NCBI RefSeq assembly: GCF_009914755.1
Contig: NC_060940.1
Length of the DNA: 64,000 bases
Reading direction: 5' to 3' (one strand)
DNA from: the human T2T-CHM13v2.0 reference genome, Homo sapiens
Shown piece after piece: positions 26,328 to 41,700 of this stretch (the first letter of the stretch is position 1; every line of letters begins with the position of its first letter). The position numbers were made by a program, and so were the translations under genes. Under the pieces are notes generated by a model. The model saw only the letters and a program-made list of their open reading frames with translations, was not told the DNA's origin and made no database searches.

Positions 26328-28158
26328 GAGTCTATTTATGTATTATATTCGTGTCCACTTCATGATTCCATTCAATTCCATTTAATGTTGATTCCATTTG
26401 ATTCCATTTGATGATTCAGTTCGATTCCTTGCAATGATTCCCTTCGATTCCTTTCTATGATGATTCCATTCGATTCCATTCATTGATGATTTCATTCGAC
26501 TCCATTCGATGATGATTCCTTTCGATTCCATTTGACGATGTTTCCATTCGAGTCCATTCGATGATGATTCTATTCAATTCTTTTCTATTATGATTCCATT
26601 CGATTTCATTCAATGCTTCTATTTGATTCCATTCGATGATGATTCCATCTCTTTCCCTTCGATGATTCCATTTGATTCCATTCAGTGATGATTCCATTTG
26701 ATTCCATCTGATGATGATTTCACTTGATTCCTTTCAATGATGATTCAATTCAAGTCCATTCGATGATTCCATTGGAGTCCAAACGATCATTCCGTTCGAT
26801 TCCATTCAATGGTGATTCCATTCATGTCCATTCGATGAATCCATTCAATTCCATTCGATGATGACTCCATTCGAGTACATTCGATGATTCCATTTGATTC
26901 CATTTGAAGATGATTCCATTCAATTCCATTCGAAGATGATTCCATTCAATTCCATTCGATGATGATTCCGTATGAATCCATTCTCTGATTATTCCATTCG
27001 ATTCCATTCATTGACGATTCCATTCAATTCCATTCAATGATGATTCTCTTCTATTCCATTCGATGATTCCGGTCGATTCCATTCGATGATGATTCCATTA
27101 GATTCCATTCGATTGTTGCATTCGATTCCCTTCGATGATGATTCCTTTGAATTCCATTCGATTATCATTCCGTATGAATCCATTTGATGATTATTCCATT
27201 GGATTCCTTTCGATGATGATTCCATTCGATTCCATTTGATGATGTTTCTCTTGTATTCCATTGGATAATTCCTTTCAGTTCCCTTCGATGATTATTCTTT
27301 CGAGTCAATTCGATGATTCTATTCCATTCCCTTCGATGATGATTCCATTTCACTCCATTTGATGATTCCATTCGACTCAATTTGGTGATGATTCAATTCG
27401 ATGACATTCGATGACTCCATTCAATTTCATTTGATGATGATTACATTCGAGTCCATTTGATGATTGTATTCCTTTCCTTTTGATGATTATTCCATTCGTG
27501 TCTATTCAAAGGTTCCATTCTATTCCATTCAATGATGATTGCATTTGATTCCATTCAATGATTATGGCTATCGATTCCACTCGTTGATTCCATTTGATTC
27601 CGTTCGATGATTATTCCGTTAGATTCCATTAGAAGATTCCATTCGATTTTATTCAATGATTCCAATGGATTCCATTCAATGATGATTCCATTCGACTCCA
27701 TTCAGTGATTCCATTCGAGTCCATTTGATGATTCCATTCTTTTCCATTTGATGATGATTCCATTAGGGTCCATTCAATGATTCCATTCGAGTCCATTCGT
27801 TAATGCCTTTCGAGTCCTTTTGATCACTACATTCGAGTCCATTCAATGATTCTATTTGATTCCATTCCATGATGATTCCATTCGAGTTCATTCGATGATT
27901 GCATTCGAGTCCATTTGATGATTCCATATGATTCCCTTCGACAATGATTCCATTCGTGTCCATTTGATGATTCCATTCATTTCCTATCGATGAAGATTCC
28001 ATTCAAGTGTATTCGATGATTCCATTCAAATCCATTCGATGATGATTCCATTCCAGTCCATTCGATCATTCCACTTGATTCCATTTGATGACTATTCCAT
28101 TCAAATCCATTTGATGATTCCATTCGATTCCATTCGATGTTACCATTCGAGTATATAC
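26328..28158 (+). repeat. Module X, copy 2
   Basis: Same landmarks as 3,465-5,295 at offset 22,863 (ORF 3,959 vs 26,822). Confidence 0.85.
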
Positions 28159-29944
28159 GATGATTCCACTCGATTCCATTTGATGATTATTCCATTGGAG
28201 TCCACTTAGTGAATCCTTTAGATTCTACTGGAAGATGATTCCATTCGAGTCCATTCGATGATACCATTCAATTCCATTCGTTGATGCTTCCATTCAAGTG
28301 CATTCGATGATATCATTCGATTCCATTTGATGATAATTCCATTTGATTCCATGCGATGATTCTATTCGATTCCATTCAATGATAATTCCATTCAATTCAG
28401 TGATTCCTCTGGACTCCATTTGATGATGATTCCATTCAATGATTCCATTCGATTCTATTCGAAAATGATTCCATTTGAATCCATTTGATGATGATTCCAT
28501 TGGATTCCATTTGATGATTCCATTCGATTCCATTCGATGATGATTCCATTCGATTCCATTTGATGATTCCATTCTATTGCATTCGATCATGATTCCATTC
28601 GATTCCATTCGATGATGATTGGATTCGATTCCATTTGATTCCATTCGATAATGATTTCGATCAATTCCATTCGATGATTCCATTCGATTCCATTCGATAA
28701 TGATTACATCCGAGTCCATTCGATGATTCCATTTGAGCCCGTTCGATAATTCCATTTGAGTCCAATCAATGATTCCATTCATTTCCATTCAATGATTCCA
28801 TTCGAGTCCATTTGATCATTCCGGTAGGGTCCGTTCGATGTTGATTCCATTGGAGTGCATTCGATGATTCCATTCGAGTCCATTTTAGGATTTGATTCGA
28901 GTCCTTTCGATGATTCCATTCGATTCCACTCGATGATGATTTCATTCGAGTCCATTCGACACTTCCAATCGATTCCATTTGATGATTCCATTCGAGTCCA
29001 ATTGATGATTCCATTCAATTCCATTCGATGATGATTCCGTACGATTCCATTCTGTGATGATTCCATGTGATTGCATTCAATGATGATTCCTTTCGATTGC
29101 ATTCGATTATGATTCATTTCGTGTTCATTCTATGGTTCCACAGGTTTCCATTCGATGATGTTTCCATTCGTGTCCATTCCATTATTCCATTCTATTCCAT
29201 TTGAAGATGATTCCATTCGATTCCATTCATTGGTGATTCCACTCAATTCCATTCAATGATTCCATTCCATTTCTTTCAACAATGATTCCATTAGTTTCTA
29301 TTCGATGATCCACTTGATTCCATTTGACGATGATTCCATTCGTGTCCATTCGATGATTCCATTTGATTCCATATGATGATGATTCCATTCGATTCCATAC
29401 GATGATGATTCCATTCGAGTCCATTCAATGGTGATTCCATTCAATTCCATTCGATGATTCCTTTCGATTCCATTCAATGATGATGGCATTCGATTCCTTT
29501 CGATCATTCCCTTTGATTCCATTCAAAGGTGATTTCATTCAAGTCCATTCGATAATTGCATTCGATTCCATTCTATGATGATTCCATTCGAGTCCATTTG
29601 ATGATTCCATTCAATTCAAGTCAATGATGATTCCATTCGATTCCACTCGATGATTCCATTGGATTCCATTCGATGATGATTCCATTCAAATCCATTCGAT
29701 AATTCAATTCAAGTCCATTCGATGATGATTCCAATCGAATCCATTCAAAGATTCCACTCAATTCCATTCGATGATGATTCCCTTAGATTCCATTCGATGA
29801 TTCCACTTGATTCCATTTACGATGATTCCATTCGATTCCGTGTGATGATTCCATTCAATTCTATTCAATGATGTTTCCACTTGATTCCATTCGAACATGA
29901 TTGCCTTTGATTCCATTCAATGATTCCATACGGTTCCATTTGAT

Positions 29945-30271
29945 GATGATTCCATTCGAGTCCATTCGATGATTCCATTAGAGTACATTTAATGATTGCT
30001 TTGTTTTCAATTCGAAGATGATTACATTGGATTCCATTCTATGATACCATTCGATTCCATTCAATGATGATTCCACTCAAATCCATTGGATGATTCCATT
30101 CGTGTCCATTCGGTGATTTCATTAGATTCCATTCGAGGATGATTCCATTCGATTCCATTCGATGATTCCATTCAATTCCATTAGATGATGATTCCATTCC
30201 AGTCCATATGATCATTCCATTTGATTTCATTCGATGATGATTCCATTCGATTCCATTCGATGATTCCATTC
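29945..30271 (+). repeat. Out-of-order ~0.3-kb patch copied from the unit-start module
   Basis: Matches 32,747-33,073 (offset 2,802), including the GAGTACATTTAATGATTGCTTTG landmark at 29,981. It is flanked on both sides by sequence colinear with 39,8xx and 40,27x. Confidence 0.85.
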
Positions 30272-32782
30272 AATTCCATTCTCCGATGATTTCTTTTGAG
30301 CCCATTCAATGCTTCCACTCGATTCCATATGATGATGACTCCATTTGATGAAATTCCATGATGATTCCATTCGCTTGCATTCGATGATGATACCACTTGA
30401 GTCCGTTAGAAGATTCTATTCAATTACATTCCATGACGATTCTGTTCGAGTCCATTTGTTGATTCCATTAGACTCCATTCGACGATGATTCCATTCGATG
30501 TTATTCGATGATGATTCCATTCAACTCCATTCGATGTTTCCATTCGAGTTCATTCTATTATTCCATTAGATTCCATTCGATGATGATTCCATTCGATTCC
30601 ATTTGATGATTGCATTCTATTTCATTTGATGATGATTCCATTCGAGTCCATTCGATGATTCCATTCGAGTCCATTTAATGAATCCATTGGTTTCAATTCT
30701 ATGATGATTATATTGGATTCCATTCGTTGATGATTTCATTCGATTCCATTCAATGATGATTCCATTCAATTCCATTCAATGATTCCATTCAATTCCATAC
30801 GATGATGATTCCATTTGATTTGATTCGACAGTGAGCCATTCGATTCAATTCCATGATGATTCTATTTGATTCAATTGGTTGACATTTCCATTCGATTCCA
30901 TTCGATGATGATTCCATTTGATTCCATTCAAAGATGATTCCATTCTAGCCCATTCAATCATTCCATTCGATTCTATTCAATGATGATTCCATTCATGTCG
31001 ATTTGGTGATTCCATTTGACTTCATTTGATGATGATTCCTTTCAAGTTCATTAGATGATTCCATTCGATTCCATTTGATGATGATCCCATTCGAGTCCAT
31101 TCAGTGATTCCACTCGTTTCCATTCCATGATGATTCCATTCCATTCCATTCAATGATTCCATTCGATTCCGTTTGATGATGATTTCATTCGAGTCCATTT
31201 GATGATTCCATTTGATTCCATTCGATGATGATTACATTCGAGTCCATACGATGATTCCACTCAATTCCATATGATGATGATTCCATTCGATTCCATTCGA
31301 TGATTCCATTCTATTCTATTCAACGGTGATTCCATTCGAGTACATTAGATGATTCCATTCGATTCCATTCAATGATGATTCTATTTGTGTCCCTTAGATG
31401 GTTCCACATGATTCCATTTCATGATGATACTATTTGAGCCCATCCAATGATTCCCTTCGATTCCATTCGATGAGGATTCCATTCGATTCAATTCATTGGT
31501 GATTCTATTCAATTCAATTCTTTGATTCCATTCCATTCCATTCGACAATGATTCCATTCGATTTCTTTCGATGATTCCACTCGATTCCACTTGACATTGA
31601 TTCCCTTCGATTCCATTCAATGATTCCATTTGATTCCAGTGGATGATGATTGCCATCGATTCCATTCGATCACTCCATTCTATTCCATTTGATGATGATT
31701 ACATTCGATTCCATTTGACGATTCCATCTGATTCTATTCGAGGATTCCATTTGATTCCATTCGATGATGATTCCATTCGAGTCCATTCGATGATTTCATT
31801 CGAGTACATCCAATGATTCCATTCGAGTCCATTTGATGATTCCATTTGATTCCATTTGATAATGATTCTACTAGAGTCCATTCAATGACTCCATTGGAGT
31901 CCATTCAACAATTCCATTCGACTCCATTTGATGATTCCATTCGATTCCATTTGATGATTCCATTCGAGTCCATTTAATCATTACAGTCGAGTCCATTTGG
32001 TGATTCCACCGGATTTCTTTTGATAATGATACCATTCAATTACATTTGATGATGATCCCATTCAATTTCATTTGATGGTGATTCCATTAGAGTCCATTCG
32101 ATGATTTCATTCGAGTCCCTTCATTGATTCCATCTGATTTCATTGGATGATGACTCCATTCGAGTCCATTCGATGATTCCACTCGATTCCATTAGATGAT
32201 TCCATTGGAGTCCATTTGATTGTTCCATTCGATTCCATTCGATTCCTTTCGAAGATTATTCCATTTGAGTCCATTCGATGATGATTCCATTCCATTCCAT
32301 TCGATGATTCCGTTTGATTCCATTCGATGATTCCCTTCGATTCCTTTCTTTGATGATTCCATTCCATTCCATTCAATGATTCCATTCGAATCTATTCCAT
32401 GATGATTCCTTTCGATTCCATTCGCTGATGTTTCCGTTCAATTCCATTCGATGATGATTCCATTCGATTCCATTCATTGAGGATTCCATTTGATTCCATT
32501 CAATGATGATTCCGTTCTATTCCATTCAATGATTGCATTCAATTCCATTCAATGATTATCCCCTTAGAGTAAACTCAACGATTCCATTCAATACCATTCG
32601 ATGATGATTCCTTTTGAGTCCATTCAATGATTTCATTCAAGTCCATTTGATGATTCCTTTCAATTCCATTCTATGATGATTCCATTCGAGTCCATTCGAT
32701 GATTCCATTCGATTGCATTCGATGATTCCATTATATTCCAGTCAACGATGATTCCATTCGAGTCCATTCGATGATTCCATTA

Positions 32783-35700
32783 GAGTACATTTAATGATTG
32801 CTTTGTTTTCAATTCGAAGATGATTACATTGGATTCCATTCTATGATACCATTCGATTCCATTCAATGATGATTCCACTCAAATCCATTGGATGATTCCA
32901 TTCGTGTCCATTCGGTGATTTCATTAGATTCCATTCGAGGATGATTCCATTCGATTCCATTCGATGATTCCATTCAATTCCATTCGATGATGATTCCATT
33001 CCAGTCCATATGATCATTCCATTTGATTTCATTCGATGATGATTCCATTCGATTCCATTCGATGATTCCATTCTATTCCATTCGATGATGATTCCATTCG
33101 AGTCCATTCGATGATTCCATTCGAGTCCATTTAATGATTCCATTGGGTTCAATTCAATGATGATTACATTGGATTCCGTTCTATGATTCCATTCAATTCC
33201 GTTCATTGACAATTTGATTCCATTCGATGATGATTCCATTTGAGTTCATTCGATGATTCTATTCGATTCTCTTCGATGGTGATTCAATTCTATTATATTG
33301 GATGATTCCATTCGATTCCATTTGATGTTGATTCAATTCGATTCTATTCGATGATGATTCCATTGGATTTCACTTGATGATTCTATTCGATTCCATTCAA
33401 TGATGATTCACTTCTCGTCCATTGGATGATTCCATTTCATTCCATTCGATGATGATTCCATTCGATTCCATTCGATGATTCCATTTGATTCCATGCGACG
33501 GTGAGCAATTCGATTCAATTCCATGATGATTCTATTTGATTCAATTAGATGATGTTTCCATTCGAATCCATTCCATGATTATTCCATTGGAATCCATTTG
33601 GCGATGATTCCATATGAGTCAATTCAATGATGATTCCATATGGGTCCGTTCGATGATAATTCCATTTGATTTCATTCAATGCTTCTATTCTATTCCAGTC
33701 AATGATGATTCCGTTGGAGTCCATACGATGATTCCATTTGATTTCATTTGATGATGATTCCATTCGATGATGATTACATTGGATTCCATTCTATGATTCC
33801 ATTCAATTCCATTCGTTGATGATTCGATTCCATTCAATGATGATTCCATTTGAGTTCATTCGATGATTCTATTCGATTCCGTTCGATGGTGATTCAATTC
33901 TATTATATTGGATGATTCCACTCTATTCCTTTTGATGATTATTCCATTGGAGTCCACTTAGTGAATCCTTTAGATTCTACTCGAAGATGATTCCATTCGA
34001 GTCCATTCAATGATACCATTCAATTTCATTCGTTGATGCTTCCATTCAAGTGCATTCGATGATATCATTCGATTCCATTTGATGATAATTCCATTTGATT
34101 CCATGCGATGATTCTATTCGATTCCATTCAATGATAATTCCATTCAATTCAGTGATTCCTCTGGACTCCATTTGATGATGATTCCATTCAATGATTCCAT
34201 TCGATTCTATTCGAAAATGATTCCATTTGAATCCATTTGATGATGATTCCATTAGATTCCATTTGATGATTCCATTCGATTCCATTTGACGATGATTCCA
34301 TTCGATTCCATTTGATGATTCCATTCTATTCTATTCGATGATGATTCCATTCGATTCCATTTGATGATGATTGGATTCGATTCCATTTGATGATTTCATT
34401 TGATTCCATTCTTTAAAGATTTCGATCAATTCCATTCGATGATTCCATTTGATTCCATTCGATAATGATTACATCCGAGTCCATTCGATGATTCCATTTG
34501 AGCCCGTTCGATAATTCCATTTGAGTCCAATCAATGATTCCATTCATTTCCATTCAATGATTCCATTCGAGTCCATTTGATCATTCTGGTAGGGTCCGTT
34601 CGATGTTGATTCCATTGGAGTGCATTCGATTATTCCATTCGAGTCCATTTTATGATTTGATTCGAGTCCTTTCGATGATTCCATTCGATTCCACTCGATG
34701 ATGATTTCATTCGAGTCCATTCGACACTTCCAATCGATTCCATTTGATGTTTCCATTCGAGTCCAATTGATGATTCCATTCAATTCCATTCGATGATGAT
34801 TCCGTACGATTCCATTCTGTGATGATTCCATGTGATTGCATTCAATGATGATTCCTTTCGATTGCATTCGATTATGATTCATTTCGTGTTCATTCTATGG
34901 TTCCACAGGTTTCCATTCGATGACGTTTCCGTTTGTGTCCATTCCATTATTCCATTCTATTTCATTTGATGATGATTCCATTCGATTCCATTCATTGGTG
35001 ATTCCACTCAATTCCATTCAATGATTCCATTCCATTTCTTTCAACAATGATTCCATTAGTTTCTATTCGACGATCCACTTGATTCCATTTGGCGATGATT
35101 CCATTCGTGTCCATTCGATGATTCCATTTGATTCCATATGAGGATGATTCCATTCGATTCCATACCATGATGATTCCATTCGAGTCCATTCAATGGTGAT
35201 TCCATTCAATTCCATTCGATGATTCCTTCCGATTCCATTCGATGATGATAGCATTCGATTCCTTTCAATCATTCCCTTTGATTCCATTCAAAGGTGATTT
35301 CATTCAAGTCCATTCGATAATTGCATTCGATTCCATTCTATGATGATTCCATTCGAGTCCATTTGATGATTCCATTCAATTCAAGTCAATGATGATTCCA
35401 TTCAATTCCACTCGATGATTCCATTGGATTCCATTCGATGATGATTCCATTCAAATCCATTCGATAATTCAATTCAAGTCCATTCGATGATGATTCCAAT
35501 CGAATCCATTCAAAGATTCCATTCAATTCCATTCGATGATGATTCCCTTAGATTCCATTCGATGATTCCACTTGATTCCATTTACGATGATTCCATTCGA
35601 TTCCATGTGATGAATCCATTCAATTCTATTCAATGATGTTTCCATTTGATTCCATTGGACCATGATTGCCTTTGATTCCATTCAATGATTCCATTCGGTT

Positions 35701-38700
35701 CCATTTGATGATGATTCCGTTCGATTCCATTTCATTATTCCATTTGATTCCATTGGATGAGTCCATTCGATTACATTCGATGATTATTCCATTCGAGTGC
35801 ATTAGATGATTGCATTCGAGTCCATTCGATGATTCCATTCGATTCCATTCGATGTTGATTCTGTTCAAATCCATTCGATGATTCCACTCGATTCCATTCG
35901 ATGACTCCATTTGATCCCATTCGATGATTTCCTGTGATTCCCTTTGATGATCATTCTATTTGATTCAATTCGGTGATTTCATTTCATTCCATTCAGTGAT
36001 GTTTCCATTCGACTGTATTCGATGATGATTCCATTCGACTCCATTCGATTATGATTTCATTCAATTCCATTCAATAATGATTCCCTTCGAGTCCATTCGA
36101 TGATTCCATTCGATTCCATTCAACGATGATTTGATTCGTTTCCATTCGATGATTCCATTTGATTCCACTTGATGATGATTCCATTCGAGTCCATTTGATG
36201 ATTCCATTCGAGTCTATTTATGTATTATATTCGTGTCCACTTCATGATTCCATTCAATTCCATTTAATGTTGATTCCATTTGATTCCATTTGATGATTCA
36301 GTTCGATTCCTTGCAATGATTCCCTACGATTCCTTTCTCTGATGATTCCATTCGATTCCATTCATTGATGATTTCATTCGACTCCATTCGATGATGATTC
36401 CTTTCGATTCCATTTGACGATGTTTCCATTCGAGTCCATTCGATGATGATTCTATTCAATTGTGTTCTATTATGATTCCATTCGATTTCATTCAATGCTT
36501 CTATTTGATTCCATTCGATGATGATTCCATCTCTTTCCCTTCGATGATTCCATTTGATTCCATTCAGTGATGATTCCATTTGATTCCATCTGATGATGAT
36601 TTCACTTGATTCCTTTCAATGATGATTCAATTCAAGTCCATTCGATGATTCCATTGGAGTCCAAACGATCATTCCGTTCGATTCCATTCAATGGTGATTC
36701 CATTCATGTCCATTCGATGAATCCATTCAATTCCATTCGATGATGACTCCATTCGAGTACATTCGATGATTCCATTTGATTCCATTTGAAGATGATTCCA
36801 TTCAATTCCATTCGAAGATGATTCCATTCAATTCCATTCGATGATGATTCCGTATGAATCCATTCTCTGATTATTCCATTCGATTCCATTCATTGACGAT
36901 TCCATTCAATTCCATTCAATGATGATTCTCTTCTATTCCATTCGATGATTCCGGTCGATTCCATTCGATGATGATTCCATTAGATTCCATTCGATTGTTG
37001 CATTCGATTCCCTTCGATGATGATTCCTTTGAATTCCATTCGATTATCATTCCGTATGAATCCATTTGATGATTATTCCATTGGATTCCTTTCGATGATG
37101 ATTCCATTCGATTCCATTTGATGATGTTTCTCTTGTATTCCATTGGATAATTCCTTTCAGTTCCCTTCGATGATTATTCTTTCGAGTCAATTCGATGATT
37201 CTATTCCATTCCCTTCGATGATGATTCCATTTCACTCCATTTGATGATTCCATTCGACTCAATTTGGTGATGATTCAATTCGATGACATTCGATGACTCC
37301 ATTCAATTTCATTTGATGATGATTACATTCGAGTCCATTTGATGATTGTATTCCTTTCCTTTTGATGATTATTCCATTCGTGTCTATTCAAAGGTTCCAT
37401 TCTATTCCATTCAATGATGATTGCATTTGATTCCATTCAATGATTATGGCTATCGATTCCACTCGTTGATTCCATTTGATTCCGTTCGATGATTATTCCG
37501 TTAGATTCCATTAGAAGATTCCATTCGATTTTATTCAATGATTCCAATGGATTCCATTCAATGATGATTCCATTCGACTCCATTCAGTGATTCCATTCGA
37601 GTCCATTTGATGATTCCATTCTTTTCCATTTGATGATGATTCCATTAGGGTCCATTCAATGATTCCATTCGAGTCCATTCGTTAATGCCTTTCGAGTCCT
37701 TTTGATCACTACATTCGAGTCCATTCAATGATTCTATTCGATTCCATTCCATGATGATTCCATTCGAGTTCATTCGATGATTGCATTCGAGTCCATTTGA
37801 TGATTCCATATGATTCCATTCGACAATGATTCCATTCGTGTCCATTTGACGATTCCATTCATTTCCTATCGATGAAGATTCCATTCAAGTGTATTCGATG
37901 ATTCCATTCAAATCCATTCGATGATGATTCCATTCCAGTCCATTCGATCATTCCACTTGATTCCATTTGATGACTATTCCATTCAAATCCATTTGATGAT
38001 TCCATTCGATTCCATTCGATGTTACCATTCGAGTATATACGATGATTCCACTCGATTCCATTTGATGATTATTCCATTGGAGTCCACTTAGTGAATCCTT
38101 TAGATTCTACTGGAAGATGATTCCATTCGAGTCCATTCGATGATACCATTCAATTCCATTCGTTGATGCTTCCATTCAAGTGCATTCGATGATATCATTC
38201 GATTCCATTTGATGATAATTCCATTTGATTCCATGCGATGATTCTATTCGATTCCATTCAATGATAATTCCATTCAATTCAGTGATTCCTCTGGACTCCA
38301 TTTGATGATGATTCCATTCAATGATTCCATTCGATTCTATTCGAAAATGATTCCATTTGAATCCATTTGATGATGATTCCATTGGATTCCATTTGATGAT
38401 TCCATTCGATTCCATTCGATGATGATTCCATTCGATTCCTTTTGATGAATCCATTCTATTGTATTCGATGATGATTCCATTCGATTCCATTCGATGATGA
38501 TTGGATTCGATTCCATTTGATGATTTCATTTGATTCCATTCGATAATGATTTCGATCAATTCCATTCGATGATTCCATTCGATTCCATTCGATAATGATT
38601 ACATCCGAGTCCATTCGATGATTCCATTTGAGCCCGTTCGATAATTCCATTTGAGTCCAATCAATGATTCCATTCATTTCCATTCAATGATTCCATTCGA

Positions 38701-41700
38701 GTCCATTTGATCATTCCGGTAGGGTCCGTTCGATGTTGATTCCATTGGAGTGCATTCGATGATTCCATTCGAGTCCATTTTATGATTTGATTCGAGTCCT
38801 TTCGATGATTCCATTCGATTCCACTCGATGATTTCATTCGAGTCCATTCGACACTTCCAATCGATTCCATTTGATGTTTCCATTCGATTCCAATTGATGA
38901 TTCCATTCAATTCCATTCGATGATGATTCCGTACGATTCCATTCTGTGATGATTCCATGTGATTGCATTCAATGATGATTCCTTTCGATTGCATTCGATT
39001 ATGATTCATTTCGTGTTCATTCTATGGTTCCACAGGTTTCCATTCGATGATGTTTCCTTTCGTGTCCATTCCATTATTCCATTCTATTCCATTTGAAGAT
39101 GATTCCATTCGATTCCATTCATTGGTGATTCCACTCAATTTCATTCAATGATTCCATTCCTTTTCTTTCAACAATGATTCCATTAGTTTCTATTCGATGA
39201 TCCACTTGATTCCATTTGACGATGATTCCATTCGTGTCCATTCGATGATTCCATTTGATTCCATATGATGATGATTCCATTCGATTCCATACGATGATGA
39301 TTCCATTCGAGTCCATTCAATGGTGATTCCATTCAATTCCATTCGATGATTCCTTTCGATTCCATTCAATGATGATGGCATTCGATTCCTTTCGATCATT
39401 CCCTTTGATTCCATTCAAAGGTGATTTCATTCAAGTCCATTCGATAATTGCATTCGATTCCATTCTATGATGATTCCATTCGAGTCCATTTGATGATTCC
39501 ATTCAATTCAAGTCAATGATGATTCCATTCGATTCCACTCGATGATTCCATTGGATTCCATTCGATGATGATTCCATTCAAATCCATTCGATAATTCAAT
39601 TCAAGTCCATTCGATGATGATTCCAATCGAATCCATTCAAAGATTCCACTCCATTCCATTCGATGATGATTCCCTTAGATTCCATTCGATGATTCCACTT
39701 GATTCCATTTACGATGATTCCATTCGATTCCATGTGATGATTCCATTCAATTCTATTTAATGATGTTTCCACTTGATTCCATTCGTACATGATTGCCTTT
39801 GATTCCATTCAATGATTCCATACGGTTCCATTTGATGATGATTCCATTCGAGTGCATTAGATGATTCCATTCGAGTCCATTCGATGATTCCATTCGATTC
39901 CATTCGATGTTGATTCTGTTCAAATCCATTCGATGATTCCACTCGATTCCATTCGATGACTCCATTTGATCCCATTCGATGATTTCCTTTGATTCCCTTT
40001 GATGATCATTCCATTTGATTCAATTCGGTGATTTCATTTGATTCCATTCAGTGATGATTCCATTCAACTCCTTTCGATGATGATTCCATTCGAATCCATT
40101 CGATTATGATTTCATTCAATTCCATTCGATAATGATTCCCTTCAAGTCCATTCGATGATTCCATTCGATTCCATTCAACGATGATTTGATTCGTGTCCAT
40201 TCGATGATTCCATTTGATTCCATTTGATGATGATTCCATTCGAGTCCCTTTGATGATTCCATTCAATTCCATTCTCCGATGATTTCTTTTGAGCCCATTC
40301 AATGCTTCCACTCGATTCCATATGATGATGACTCCATTTGATGAAATTCCATGATGATTCCATTCGCTTGCATTCGATGATGATTCCACTTGAGTCCGTT
40401 AGAAGATTCTATTCAATTACATTCCATGACGATTCTGTTCGAGTCCATTTGATGATTCCATTAGACTCCATTCGACGATGATTCCATTCGATGTTATTCG
40501 ATGATGATTCCATTCAACTCCATTCGATGTTTCCATTCGAGTTCATTCTATTATTCCATTAGATTCCATTCGATGATGATTCCATTCGATTCCATTTGAT
40601 GATTGCATTCTATTTCATTTGATGATGATTCCATTCGAGTCCATTCGATGATTCCATTCGAGTCCATTTAATGAATCCATTGGTTTCAATTCTATGATGA
40701 TTACATTGGATTCCATTCGTTGATGATTTCATTCGATTCCATTCAATGATGATTCCATTCAATTCCATTCAATGATTCCATTCAATTCCATACGATGATG
40801 ATTCCATTTGATTTGATTCGACAGTGAGCCATTCGATTCAATTCCATGATGATTCTATTTTATTCAATTGGTTGACATTTCCATTCGATTCCATTCGATG
40901 ATGATTCCATTTGATTCCATTCAAAGATGATTCCATTCTAGCCCATTCAATCATTCCATTCGATTCTATTCAATGATGATTCCATTCATGTCGATTTGGT
41001 GATTCCATTTGACTTCATTTGATGATGATTCCTTTCAAGTTCATTAGATGATTCCATTCGATTCCATTTGATGATGATCCCATTCGAGTCCATTCAGTGA
41101 TTCCACTCGTTTCCATTCCATGATGATTCCATTCCATTCCATTCAATGATTCCATTCGATTCCGTTTGATGATGATTTCATTCGAGTCCATTTGATGATT
41201 CCATTTGATTCCATTCGATGATGATTACATTCGAGTCCATACGATGATTCCACTCAATTCCATATGATGATGATTCCATTCGATTCCATTCGATGATTCC
41301 ATTCTATTCTATTCAATGGTGATTCCATTCGAGTACATTAGATGATTCCATTCGATTCCATTCAATGATGATTCTATTTGTGTCCCTTAGATGGTTCCAC
41401 ATGATTCCATTTCATGATGATACTATTTGAGCCCATCCAATGATTCCCTTCGATTCCATTCGATGAGGATTCCATTCGATTCAATTCATTGGTGATTCTA
41501 TTCAATTCAATTCTTTGATTCCATTCCATTCCATTCGACAATGATTCCATTCGATTTCTTTCGATGATTCCACTCGATTCCACTTGACATTGATTCCATT
41601 CGATTCCATTCAATGATTCCGTTTGATTCCAGTGGATGATGATTGCCATCGATTCCATTCGATCACTCCATTCTATTCCATTTGATGAGGATTACATTCG

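Larger units (their letters stand above)
9371..32782 (+). repeat. Composite ~10-kb unit, copy 2, inflated by the 2,255-bp expansion (23,412 = 9,882 + 6 x 2,255)
   Basis: Landmark at 9,371 and 32,783. Removing six 2,255-bp units leaves a 9,882-bp unit colinear with copy 3, apart from the patch at ~29,945-30,271 and small indels. Confidence 0.8.
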
